DNA of 64,000 bases from assembly GCF_009834535.1 (NCBI RefSeq), contig NC_045696.1:11906001-11970000 (forward strand), written 5' to 3'. The notes under the pieces were generated by a model. It worked only from the letters and a program-made list of their open reading frames with translations, was not told where the DNA came from and did no database searches. The DNA is from Camelus ferus (lineage: Eukaryota). The first letter of the stretch is position 1, and each line of letters opens with the position of its first letter. Position numbers and translations under genes: made by a program. Below are positions 50,756-62,040 of this stretch, in pieces.

Positions 50756-51984
50756 CATTCCATTGCTTGACAATTTGGTGAGCTCCTTCCTTTCCCCTCC
50801 ATCAGCATACCATTCTCTTCTCAATCTGTCCATCCATCCTTCCATCCCTTCATCTGTGGTTCTTGGTCACCATGGCATCAGCTGCTCCAGGACTTGTTTA
50901 TGGAGAATACAGAACTCTCACCAACAATTCCCGTAGGTTGAGCTCTGCATTCCTCTTCATCCATGGCCGATGTTCCAGTATTTTCTCAGTTCCATTATTC
51001 CACTCTCAAACAGCTTCCTCCGCCCCTCAGCACTCAACTCCAGCAGCTGGTTACAAGGCCCACAGAGAGGGTATTCAGGAGAAACCTTAATTTTTTTTGT
51101 GTGTGTGGCCCATTGAAATGTAAAACAATGCAGGGCTGGGACCTCTGTGCAGTGAAGCTCAGCACGGAATTACTTAAGAAAGCTATTGGCTGGCACAACA
51201 AGGAACGCATTTTTACCTTTCTATAAAATGCTGAAATTATGTACTTTATTATCGAGATGATGGAGAGATGTATGAAGTCAGTGCAAAGGACTCCCACAGC
51301 CGTAAATTTTCTTCCCTGTTGTCATGGAGCTGTTTTGCTCTATGCTTTTCCTTGTGGTATTTCTTTCTTAAAATTGAACATTACTGATCTCATTTTAAGC
51401 AAAATGCTCAGGAAATATACAGGAAGAGGGCTTTTTTTTTTCTTCTTTCTTTCTTCTTTCTTTCTTTCTGTGGTTCCACTGCATGTTGTGTGGTTTCAGA
51501 GGCACTTCCTTTGGTTGCCCCAAAGGTAGCGTTTCCTCAAAACCAGAGAGCTTTCTTTTGGAAGCATTCTAAGATAATAATCTGGATCTGGCAAAAACAT
51601 CTCCAGCCACTGCTGCGTTTTCAGTTCTTGATGTGGGGTTGATCGCCATTCTCACAGAAGAGAGAAAAATCTCAGATATTCACTATGTGGTCATTCAACA
51701 TTTGGAAAAGAAAAAAAACCCCAGAGATTAAATACAGAAATCAGTAACAAATTCATCAGGGAGAAGACACATATATATAGGGTCCAGTTTTAAAAGAAAG
51801 AAAAAGAGAAAGCTTAGGGGCTCACACAATATGTTTTCAGGAGCATGTGGTGTGGCGGTGTACTGCGGCTCACAGGGCCAGATCTTTGCTTCTCACTCTA
51901 GTAAAACAGCAGTATTAACAATAAAACCATTAAAAAAAAATGTGAAATTGCAACCCCATTAGTTAGAACTTTGTGCTGCAAAGT

Positions 51985-52420
51985 TTAGAAACCCAAGATG
52001 ATTTAAGGCCAAAGTGGGAAAGTATTGGCCCCCTGTAAGGATTAGGATAAAGCCAGGCTTAGGGGACAGTTTGACCCGGGGAAGTTAGCATGTTGGGCCT
52101 CTCTTTTATCGCTGTTTTTCCCTGAGTCCGATTAGCTTTTCTCAGTCTAGCTTGAACCAGAGGCATGGCTGCCAGCAGCTCTAGGCTGACTTCCTCAGTT
52201 TTAAAAATTATTCTCAAGGAAGTTCTCCGATTGGCACACATAGATCATTAACCCACCTCTGGCCAATCACTGTGTCCAGGGGCTTGGGGTTAATGATGAT
52301 CCCAGCCTGAGTCATGTGCTTATCTTTGTCTGGGGATGGTGGAAGTAGAAGGTATGGAGGTGCTGTGCAGAGAAAAATAGTAACAAATAAAAGAGGAAAG
52401 GCATGGTCCCCACCACCACT
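51985..52420. mobile_element. Old MaLR LTR relic (MLT1J/K/L-like)
   Basis: atggctgccagcagctctaggctgac...ccaatcactgtgtccagggg...gcctgagtcatgtgc. Confidence 0.6.
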
Positions 52421-52865
52421 CCTAAGCAAAAAGAGACATCAGAGAACTTGATATTCCTATTCCATAGGCTGGAGACTAATCAGAAAATAAGGTAATTAAT
52501 GCCCCTGAAATATAGGTAAGAAAGATAGAGTGCTCATTGCCCCAAGAGGTATTTATAGGTATTTCTTTAAAAATAAAAATGTACCGTATTCATGGGTCAT
52601 GACTCATCATGAGGACAAAGGCTAACACTCTTGGGTGGGTGGCTCGACTCTTTGGTCTCGATGTGGGATGAACACTGTACCTTTCCAACTCCCTTCTGGT
52701 GACCCTGGGTTGTAAGCATCAGATCCATAGCTCATCCTGTCCAGTGAGTCCAGAGAAGTGGGGGAGAGGGTGGGTGTGCTGAGCCCACTCTTATATGTTT
52801 CTTTCATCTTAAAGGAAAGTTATGGCAAGAGGTATACTCTTATGCTGGCCACATACAGAAACATG

Positions 52866-52871
<6 letters not shown>

Positions 52872-52946
<75 letters not shown>

Positions 52947-52964
52947 GTGTGTGTGTGTGTGTGT
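52872..52964 (+). repeat. (TA)33 followed by (TG)~10, compound microsatellite
   Basis: Directly visible. Confidence 0.98.
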
Positions 52965-53349
52965 GGTTATATACATACATAAATATGTGTGTCATTTCTT
53001 TTGATCTATCTGCGTATCTACATGTCATCTATCAATCATCTAATCAGTCATCTTTCTGACAATCTTCCTTGAAGAAGAATCACCTGAATCTACAACCATG
53101 TGACCTACTATCAGTTTAACGGTTGGAGGAGAATGCCTTCATGCACTAAGTATCCCTTTAGAACAAGTATGTTATCTTAAATGTCGTTAACTGTTTTATT
53201 GAACTTCACAGAGATTGTATGAAGCACTGCTGCTCATATAGGATTTTATATCTATAGCCTACAGTTAGAAAGCTTGCGTATTGGGGAGGAGGTTAATATT
53301 TGGTGGGAAATATTTTTCTCCAAGGTAGGTAGTTTTCATGTGGATTTTA

Positions 53350-54226
53350 TTAGGTCTTTTGAAATGGTGAAACATGCCACACATCCAGAATAGCACATAG
53401 AACTTGAATGGACAGCCTCCTGGCTGGTGTGGTCATCACCAGCTCAAGAAATGGAACATTGTCAGCCCCCCAGAAGGCCTCCCCTTCCATCCTCAATCAC
53501 AGCCTCCTCCTGCCTCCTAAGGATAACAGCTGTGCTAGACTTTCATGGAATCATGTTTTTGTTTTTCTTCACAGTTTTATTACTCAAGTATGTATCACTG
53601 AGCACTTTAGTTTAGTTTTGCTTATTTTTGAATCTTAAATGAGTGGAATCAGTCTTCATTTACTATTTTAGGTCTGGTTTCATTTGCTCACTTTTTAAAA
53701 AATGAGATTCATTTCTCTTGTGTCTACATAGATCTGGTTTGTCCATTGTCATTATGACACAATTTTGTTGTATGAATAGACTAGCTGATGTAGTCATTCT
53801 ACCACTGATGAAGTTTGAGTTAGATCTAGCATTTGGCTATTATGAATAGTGCTGCAGACAACCTTGGGGGACATCTTCCCCAGTGCACATATGCATGCAT
53901 TTCTTGGGGTTTATCTCTAGGACTGGAGAGTCTTTATCATTGATGGATAAGGAATTGAGCCAGTTCCACTCTCCCTGAGAGGATAGAGGTGTTCCTATTG
54001 TTTCATGTCCTCAGGGACACCTGGCATTATCACTCATTTGAATTCTAACTATTCTGGTAATAAGCGTATTTCCTGGTTTTAATTTACATTTTCCTGATAG
54101 CTGATAAGGCTAAGCTCCTACTCACAGGTTTCTTGACCATTTGGAATATCCTGTTTTGTGGCCTGCCTCTTCAAGTCACTTATCATTTTTCTACTTGGTA
54201 GTCAGGTCTTTTTCTTATTGATTTAT

Positions 54227-54263
<37 letters not shown>

Positions 54264-54355
54264 ACATATTCTGGATAACATCCTTATGTTGGTTATATGA
54301 ATTGCAAATATTGTCTCCTAGTGTGGCTTCTCTTTTATTCTCTTATTTATGAAAG

Positions 54356-54435
<80 letters not shown>

Positions 54436-54437
54436 GA

Positions 54438-54472
<35 letters not shown>

Positions 54473-54560
54473 GAAGAAAGAAAGAAAAGAAAGAAGTTTT
54501 TAATCCTGAATGTAATCGGGATTATTAGTTACATGCCTTTTATGTCTGTCCTATTTAAAT
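53350..54560 (-). mobile_element. Ancient L1ME-like element containing a (TG)n tract and a purine tract
   Basis: tttggctattatgaatagtgctgc...ttgcaaatatt...agaagtttttaatcctgaatgtaatc. Confidence 0.75.
54351..54496 (+). repeat. (GA)n/(GAAA)n pure-purine tract, 146 nt
   Basis: Directly visible. Confidence 0.97.
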
Positions 54561-55224
54561 AAAATCTCTTTGTGACCCAAAATTACCCATAGTTACCTGA
54601 GATACAGCATCTTATATAAACTGGTATTTTTATCCTTCCCAGATAACACCAGCGCATGAGAGTATTTTAATTCCTTTTACCCCATCTGGTTTATAGGATA
54701 TTGTTCTGGTATAATTATGTTAAACCTCCTAAGACATTATTATTTTATCTGTCTCAAATGGCCTTTGTTTTTACTCAGTATGGAATTCGAGGCTGGCAGT
54801 TCTCTTCCTTGCCCACTTAGAAGATCCCCGTTCACCCTCTGCTGGCTTCAGTTGTCCTGTGAGAGGTCAGCTGCCAGCCCCGTGGATGCTCTGAAAACAT
54901 CAGGCAGCCTCTTGCTGCCTGTCCGACTTTTCTCTCCATCTTTGGCTTTTGCAGTTCTACTGTGACATGTCAAGGTGTCAGTATCTTTTGATTTCTTCTG
55001 CTTGGGGTTCATAGGACTTCTTGAATCTGTGGGTCTGTGGACCTTGATTTTATGCATTTTGGGAAATTTCTAGTCTGCATCTCTTTTGCCCAGTTCACTT
55101 TTTTTCCTTCATATTGGACCTTTTTACTGTATTTTCTGTGTCTCTTACCTTGTCTTTCTCTATTTTTCATATTTTTGTCCCTCCATTCTGCCAACTAGTG
55201 TTGTGAAAAAGAAATACTATTTGC

Positions 55225-56700
55225 TCACTCAAAATGGTCTCTTTGGTCCTACTATGTGCTAAGCACTGTCCTAGGTGTTTGAGATACTTCAGTGAACAAA
55301 AGAGACAAAGTCCCTGTCTTTGGGAATTACCATTAAATAGTAAACAATTGTTTATTAATTGTAGTGGATTAATTATTATTAATATTTCTTCATTTTAATT
55401 CATTAAATTGAATGATATAGTATGTTAAGGAAAAGTAGAGCTGCTTTGGGAAGAGGGGCAGTTTGGTGGGGAAAAGTGGGCCTAATTAGGCTACAGTGGT
55501 CAGAAAGTACCATTTGAACGAAGACTTAAAGAATGTCAAGAGATTCGCTAATTGCATATCTGGAATGTTCCAGAAAGTGGGAGCATGTTTGGAAGGTTCA
55601 GGGAGCATCAAGGAGGGTAAAGTGGTACGAGTGAGGGGAGCTGGAGCAGGGGACGAGGTCGGAGAAGGAACGATGAGGCCCAAGCAAGACGTGACAGGCT
55701 TTGTAGGGCCCTCCCAGGAGTGTGGCTTTTACCCCTGGATTGAGCAGGGAAGGGATGTGGTCCCATTTTCACATTGAAAGTTTCCCTCTGGCTCCTAGGA
55801 TGAGAATGGACTGTAGGTCGGCAAGTGTAGAAACAGGGAGACTTGTTGAGAGGCCGTGCTATGGTCCGGTAGGGAGTGGATGTGGCTCAGACTTTAGTGG
55901 CAGCGGTGGAGGTGCGGAGAATTGACTTAGATTTAGAGTAGAAAAAAGAGCGCATCTTCATGCCTACAAAAATGCTGCAGCAGAGCGAGAGAGTTTGAGG
56001 ATGTAGAGGAGAGAGAGGGAAATTGCTGGAACATCGTCCTTGAGTGGAGGGTGGGGTTGCGTGGGGTCTAGTCACAGGTGGAGGAATTGGTCTTAGGTAG
56101 GATGTGATAGTTATCTAAGGTCACAAGCAGGAGGTTGGAGCATGTGGGTGCAGACAGATACGTGTTGGTGACTATGTGTAGCCTTCAAAGTGATGGGTCC
56201 TATGTGACCACTTCAATTTTCTCAGAGAAGTATGATGAAAAATCACCAGCTGAGAGAAAAGGTGGGGAGAAATTATTGGGCATCTGGGAAGAGAAGAATA
56301 GATGTGAACTTCATGAGTGGGTATGAGTGGACTGGGAATTTTGGTGTGAGATCACTGATTTCATTTAAAGGGACTTGACAGTAGTGGTCATGGGATTAAA
56401 ATAAGACCAATAGATTGTTTGGGTTTTTAAAAAATTTTTCCTCAGAGTCAACTGTTTGGGTCTAGGCAGTTTGTTGGATTTAAGCAGGTTGATGTCTTTG
56501 CCAGGCAGATGTGACCAAGTAATAGAGGGACAAGGAAGTTCAGGAAGGGAAATTAATGATAAGCCAAGGAGGACTGTGAGGCAGCAGAGCTGTGAGGATC
56601 AGTGAAAGGTGGAGGGATGTTTGGGTTAAGGTCTGAGAGGGAACGGTCTGTCTAGACGGGAGGCCGTGAACTGAGGGTGGGGTGCATGGTGTTGGCTGTA
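55225..56700 (-). mobile_element. Long LINE-2 relic (~1.4 kb)
   Basis: cctactatgtgctaagcactgtcctaggtg...cagtgaacaaaagagacaaagtccctg, followed by extended antisense L2-like text. Confidence 0.8.
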
Positions 56701-57004
56701 TGGAGGGTTTATTGGTATCTTTCCCCCTTTTGGTTAACAACTCTATGTATTTCAGATATTTAGCATGCAATGTCTTGAAAATTCTTAGTAGGTGTTATAA
56801 GTTGAAAAGCCCAAGTATTTGTGTATTATTGGAATAAACGTATATATCCCCCCATCTCCCCGACCCTGGTCCCTATTTCTCTTCTTGCTATTTGGGATTC
56901 TAAAAGGAAGTGGCAGAGGACTTTACTCTGTGTTTAGGAGAGATCTCAGGCCTGGGTGGTTTTGGTCATGCTTCTGGTCTTGGTTATCATCACAAGGGTG
57001 TAGT

Positions 57005-57330
57005 CCATTTAAGTCAACAGATATTTTTTGAGGGTTCACCATGTGCTAAATACTCTTCTAGGTACTCGAAATAGAGTTGGGAGCAAAGTAGATAAAAGTC
57101 CTTACTCTGGTGGAGCTGATATTTGGTTGAGGGTGGGGGGTGGGAGGGAGAAACAATAAATAAGACAAATAGTAATATAAGAAAATGTTTAGTGTGTGTA
57201 TAAAGCGGGGGGCAACCTAAAGCAGGGAAGTGGGGAAGGAAGTGTGCCAGGGGAGAGAGGTGATGGTGGAGGGTTGGGGGAGTGGCTCAGAGGACCTAAC
57301 TAGCAGGTACCTTGAACAAAGAGCTCAAAT
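57005..57330 (-). mobile_element. LINE-2 3' relic
   Basis: tcaacagatattttttgagggttcaccatgtgc...ggtggagctgatatt. Confidence 0.7.
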
Positions 57331-58654
57331 CTAAGGTCCATGTATGCCCAGAACAAAGGCAAGTCCCCACGGGAGCAAACAGCACAAGCTGGCACCATGT
57401 CCTTGTAAAAACAAAAATCCATGCTAATGCCAAAGCCAAGAGTATTGTTTTTGGTTATTGAAGTCGAATGAGTCAATAGACTCCCTGGATGTGGCAGTAT
57501 CGTCTATGAGACCAGGGACATGGGCAGTTCGTTTGCAGCTCTATTTGATTTTTTGGGAGAGGAGGCTGTCTGGTGGGTGTTCCTTCAGGAGGCTGCTGAC
57601 CTCAGACCCGGCCAACCTGACTAATTTTTGCCAATGGAAAGTTATGTGTGTAAAGGATTACAGCTGTTCTTTAACGGGCTGAGCTCATCTGTGGCTAGAA
57701 AGAAGAACAGAGGCTTTGGGAGGAGTGAGGAGTGTGAGTCATAGTCTCCAGCCTTAGCAAGGTGTGTGAATGCACTGAAGCTGAGATGGCTTATCTTGGT
57801 CACAACCAGCCCTCTGCGAGGATTCTCAGCCTGGAAGGTTAGCACTGCTGTGATCCAACGCTGAGAAATTCCTTTTCGTGGAAGCCAGGCAGCTGGGAGC
57901 AGAAGACTGAGCTTGGGTGTTTCAGGTGATCTGGGGAAACATTCATCAACCTGCTTGCGTGATCCTACCCCACACCGACCGGTTAGCGTGTGTAACTCTT
58001 GGTGCCTCCACCAAGAGCAGTGTGTCATCCTGTGAGTCACCTGCTGTGTTTTACTGGGAAGTCTGGGAGAGCGTGAGCTGGTTGAGCTCGAGCAAAATTC
58101 CGTTCAGTATGTATTTCTTGACTGTGAACCAAAATCACAAATAGGTTAGTATGAAATACCCACCCAGTGGTTACTTATCTCAGCCCAGATCTTGAACTTG
58201 GCTCTGGCAGGAGACCTTGGTTCTGCGAAAGGACCTGGTGAATATATTCGTGAATTTCCTGTTCACGCATGATGCATATTCTTTGACGATTGCCCAGTTT
58301 GATTTGCTCACCTTAGATAACCTTGCTCGGTCATCTTTCTCAGATGGTGTGATGACTACCTTCCAGGAGCTTCATGACAAGCCCTGAAATCTTGCCTTGG
58401 TTGCCTGCCTGCCACATTTGGCCTTGAAAGGGAGATGAGGTGCCTCGTGAGTAAGCGCGGGCTTCGGGAGTCAGACTCAGCCCTCTGGCTTTGTGAGCCC
58501 AGACCCTGTGAATGCTAATGGTGATGAGAACAATGAAAACAAATTCACTGCACGTGAGGATGCCCAGGTCAAAGATGATGACAAGGCCACAGGCCAGTTG
58601 GAGCAATGAGATCAGGGAGAGATAGGGTCCCAGCCTCAGTGAGACCAAGTTAGA

Positions 58655-58930
58655 ATTTCAGACCTGCTTCCCATTTGTTGAGTAGCTTCAGGCAGTTCAT
58701 GTAACCTCTCTGTGCCTCAGTCTCCTTATCTGTAAAATGGGTCTAGTCATGGTACTTTGTTGAACTGTCATGAGGACAAAGTACAAAAATAGATGAGCAG
58801 CCCCCAACCTTGTGCTTTTCACAAAGTGCTCGGGAAATATGGCCTCACAAGCGCAATACTGTTATAGCCTGTTTTACAGATGAGGGACAGAGGCTTTACA
58901 AAAATTAGGTGATAGGCTTGTGACTAGAAA
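58655..58930. mobile_element. Tail-to-tail MIR pair (+ at ~58655-58840, - at ~58845-58930)
   Basis: aacctctctgtgcctcagtctccttatctgtaaaatggg, then ttttacagatgagggacagaggc. Confidence 0.8.
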
Positions 58931-59461
58931 AGGAATTCATGGCCAGTCTAGGTCTGTTAAATGGGATAAATGTATAAATCGTGGTCTGTTTAAATATGTG
59001 CCATTTCGTATTTTCAACTGGTAATTGGAGTTTGATTTATTTCCCCTCCTTATGGTTTTGGAGTCAGATCCCATCCTTTCTGGTTTCTTGATCTGCTTGG
59101 AAATTTGGGGTTGGGATGGGTTGGTGGACGTGGATCTACGGTGAGAGATGTTCCGTACAAGTGTGACACCTGGCACACTGTGGAAGCTCTTGGTGTGCCA
59201 AGGTGTGCCTCTTTTCATCTTTATAATCGCAAGAGATTTAATTTTACAGGTTAGACAATTCCATTTTATCACTTACAATTGGAGAAAAATGCTCTTTTAG
59301 GCGTGTGATTGGGATCATGGTCATGCAACAGGGAGAATCGGCACATTTTAAAGCTTGGTTAATGTGCTTAGATTAAAGTTTTGATTCCTTTTGTTTTTGG
59401 CAGCAGTAGTTTAAAAAGCTACACGTACCTGAGCCAGTAGGTTGAAAAATATGTCTTTTTT

Positions 59462-59904
59462 ATCAATCAAAGGTTTTATGATGTGAGTTATTCAAATACA
59501 GTAATTACCTTGGTTGTCCATATGTAAATATTTTTGCTCTTTCTTCACCAACATAGCTCTTTCTCTATCTGAAGGCACAGGTTTGATGGCTTTGCCAATG
59601 GCCCAATGAATCTTTTTAGTCCTGTATTTCTTACAGTCATATATCAATTGATCTAAGAGACTCAACAGGTACTCCTATTTGCATCAGAACATGCAAGTCT
59701 CTTAGAAATCAGGACTGCAGTTTCTTTCTTTTTTTTTTTTAAGTATATATATTTTTTATTGAGGTAGTCAGTTTACAATGTTGTGTCAATTTCTGGTGTA
59801 CAGCACACTGCTTCAGTCATACATGAACATACATATATTCATTTTCATTTTCATATTCTTTTCCACTGTAAGTTACCACAAGATACTGAATATAGTTCCC
59901 TGTG
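59462..59904 (-). mobile_element. Truncated L1 3' tail (59721-59904) with a probable 3'-transduced segment (59462-59720)
   Basis: Perfect 16-bp direct repeat aaaatatgtctttttt at 59446-59461 and 59905-59920 encloses both parts. Confidence 0.8.
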
Positions 59905-59924
59905 AAAATATGTCTTTTTTGACT

Positions 59925-60475
59925 CTTTAAAAATTGTGGTAAAAATATATAACATAAAATTTGCCATTTCAACCATTTTTATTTGTATGAGTCAGTGACA
60001 GTAGTTACATTTACAGTGTAGTACAATGATCATCACTGTCTCTGTCCCAAACTTTTTCATCACCCCAAGAAACACTGTAACCATTAAGCAATAACTCCCC
60101 GGCCCTTCTGGTAACCTCTAATCTCCTCTTTATCTTGATGAATTTGCCTATTCTAGATATTTCATGTAAGTGGGATCATTTAGTAGCTGTCCTTTTGCAT
60201 CTGACCTCATCACTTAGCATAATATTTCCAAGGTTTGTCCATATTGTAGCATGTATCAGAACTTCATTCCTTTTAATGGCTGAGTAATATTCCATTGTGT
60301 GGGTCAGACCAATTCTGTTTATCCTTTCACCTGTTGATGGACACCTGGGTTATTTTTCACTTTTTGTCTATTGTGAATAATGCTGCAATGAATGCTCATG
60401 TACAAGTGATAAGTGATGCTATTTTGTGGCATCTGTAGAGACATATTTTAATTTCTTGGGACTCTAGGAGTAGGG
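59925..60475 (-). mobile_element. L1MB-like 3' end
   Basis: aattgtggtaaaaatatataacataaaatttgccatttcaacc...gaatttgcctattctagatatttcat. Confidence 0.9.
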
Positions 60476-61919
60476 CTTTCCTAATTGGGGGAGTCCTTGT
60501 TTTTGGCCTGGGTGCCTGCATGACCCCCTGGCCATGTATGAATATATGAATGTGTCCCACGTCTCTACCAGGCTTTCCCCGCAGTCTTGTTAAGTTTACC
60601 ACTGTAATTTGTTTGCGAGGATGCTGGCTGTTGGTGAATCACATCGCCTTCAGCCATCCTGGCTTGACTACATCCTTGCATCCCAGGTCTCTGAGCCTCT
60701 TGTTTACTTGTCTGGGGATGAGCCAAGAAATTTCTCACGCACGCAGTTACTATGGCTTACTTACTAGTTTTAGATGGGATCAATTTGTTTCATTTTTTAT
60801 TTACATATGCCTTTTGTAGTATGTTGAGGTACAGAATTATATATGCATATACTGCCTTTAATGTTTATTTTATGGAATTTTATTTAAGGAGGTAATAATT
60901 GAGTTGATGGAACATACAGCAGATTTGTTTCCATAGATCTGGCTTCTAGGCTGATTCTGCCATCATTTTATTCAGTGAGCCTGAACTAGTTACTTAACTC
61001 TTCTGATCTCAAATGAACAAGTGATTTGTAAGTGTCCTCTGCTCTTACCTATGTGAGGGTCTGTGACTCTGCATGTGTCTGTTGCCCTACCTTGGGCCAT
61101 TTAAAATTTTGAGATCGAGGCTTGTTGTATTTCCTGATTGAAAATAATCTTTGCATGTTAGGTTTTTGTTTTCATTAGGGAAAATGGCACCATGTGCTCC
61201 TAGAGACCCTCAGATCGAATGCCCGTGTCCTTGGCAGGGGAAAGCAAGACAAGTTGGTTGTCATTAGCATGCTCCCCTGACATCAGAAGTCCCCTCATTT
61301 TAATTGATTGTGTCCCTGTCACTAGCAGAGAACTCTGTAAGGTGCCAGATGTTGGAAATGCACCTGTGGGTGTGGTCCTTTCCACTTCACCGTCGTACCC
61401 AAGTGCTAGGTGTGTCACTCCTGTCCGGGTTCACCTGGATATGTTTTGGTCCAGAAATGTGAAATGACAATCACTGATGTATTTTAATATAAATTAAAAA
61501 TTAAAATTAAAAAAACTATTCTCACTCATGAGAAACAAAACCAAATACTGTTATACAGGTTGTCCTTGGTGAGTGCCACGGGCCAGCGTGGCTGACATGG
61601 CGACCCTCGCCAGAGGACTTGCGCTTTCCCACGATAGAGGCTCAGTGTGGAGAGTTAGGAGGTCTCTCTGTGGCCTGGGGGTCTTGGAAGGGGTCCCCTC
61701 GCTCAGCCGGCATATAACTAGTGTCTGAACTGCACTTTATTCATTACTAAAATAGCAATATCAACAGGAAAATGTCAAGAACATTGTAAATGCTAACGTA
61801 GTTTGAAATATAGGCTTGGCTTATTTCCTGGTTGGAAACCGTCTTTGCAGGTATAGCATCCTTCACTACTTAGGGAGAAGGTCGAGCGTGTGCCTGGACA
61901 AAGCCCGTTAACCCATTGT

Positions 61920-62040
61920 CAAAGGCATATATTTCAGCCTCCCGTTTTACTGATGGGGACACTAGATGGCTTGCCCTGAGTTATTCATCTGGTTGTTGGT
62001 GGAGCCTGGACTTGAACAAGGTCCTCTTACTTCATGTCCT
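61920..62040 (-). mobile_element. MIR relic
   Basis: cccgttttactgatggggacac...ggagcctggacttgaac. Confidence 0.55.

Noticed and set aside
58340..58648. Hydrophobic 102-aa ORF as a membrane protein
   Set aside because: Non-ATG start, overlaps a MIR-like fragment, antisense to the inferred host gene, and no recognisable family.
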